DNA of 64,000 nt, from sequence record MK327931.1. One strand, written 5' to 3'. Each line of letters opens with the position of its first letter. Within the stretch, counting starts at the first letter, position 1. Below, in pieces: positions 63,813-64,000 of this stretch. The notes below the pieces were generated by a model, which did no database searches, was not told the origin of the DNA, and worked only from the letters and a program-made list of their open reading frames with translations. The position numbers and the translations under genes were made by a program.

Positions 63813-64000
63813 TTAAATGTTAGTAGTATAGTACTTGATTTCGTTTTGAATTGCAAGTTCTATTTGTTTATTGAAAAGAATTCCAAACTCTTTAATTGAT
63901 TCACAATCGAATTCAATAGAAAAAGTATACTCTGGTACACGTACATTGTCAATACCCAAATACTCTTTTATGTAAATTTTAATGAGTTTACATAGTGCAG
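63813..64000 (-). CDS. partial hypothetical protein running in from beyond the window
   Basis: open frame ...LCKLIKIYIKEYLG...KYYTTNI*. Confidence 0.65.
   Translation of the reverse strand, partial: ALCKLIKIYIKEYLGIDNVRVPEYTFSIEFDCESIKEFGILFNKQIELAIQNEIKYYTTNI

Larger units (their letters stand above)
1..64000. repeat. highly iterated palindrome AGTACT (often CAGTACTG or TTCAGTACTGAA)
   Basis: hand count about 22 in 1-3000 and about 16 in 60000-64000, versus roughly 1 per 3 kb expected from composition. Confidence 0.9.

Overview
A 64 kb segment of a large AT-rich lytic enterobacterial myovirus. It most resembles the Rak2/GAP32/121Q-type jumbo phages; this is recalled from the MLPFxRMxxYGN paralogue array and has not been searched. 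No tRNA, rRNA or CRISPR array was seen. Five zones: (1) 1-19.07 kb, an early/host-takeover zone of about 55 small minus-strand genes, most with their own consensus sigma70 promoter, 5' stem-loop and SD. It includes a kinase, a TraR/YbiI-like zinc finger, an H-NS-like protein, two families of promoter-driven structured RNAs with covarying stems, and nine co-oriented Chi sites. (2) 19.07-20.93 kb, a gene-free region with outward promoters, 8-bp periodic repeats and an inverted Chi pair, probably a terminal-repeat boundary or origin. (3) 20.9-24.9 kb, a tandem array of 17 roughly 60-aa (H)KE(Y/F)Y paralogues. (4) 25.0-39.55 kb, 13 plus-strand cassettes sharing a DNA module and an N-terminal MLPF leader: 10 intact RCC1/BLIP-II-like propellers, 1 frameshifted, 1 relic and 1 glycine-rich cargo. 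(5) 39.5-64 kb, minus-strand accessory genes: small membrane-protein paralogues, an AAA ATPase, a putative endonuclease, denV, two more kinases including a T7 gp0.7-like one, secreted proteins and lipoproteins, punctuated by a fused terminator/promoter repeat. The palindrome AGTACT is strongly over-represented throughout. Counts are by hand. Several start codons were moved from the ORF track to the ATG that follows a Shine-Dalgarno site.
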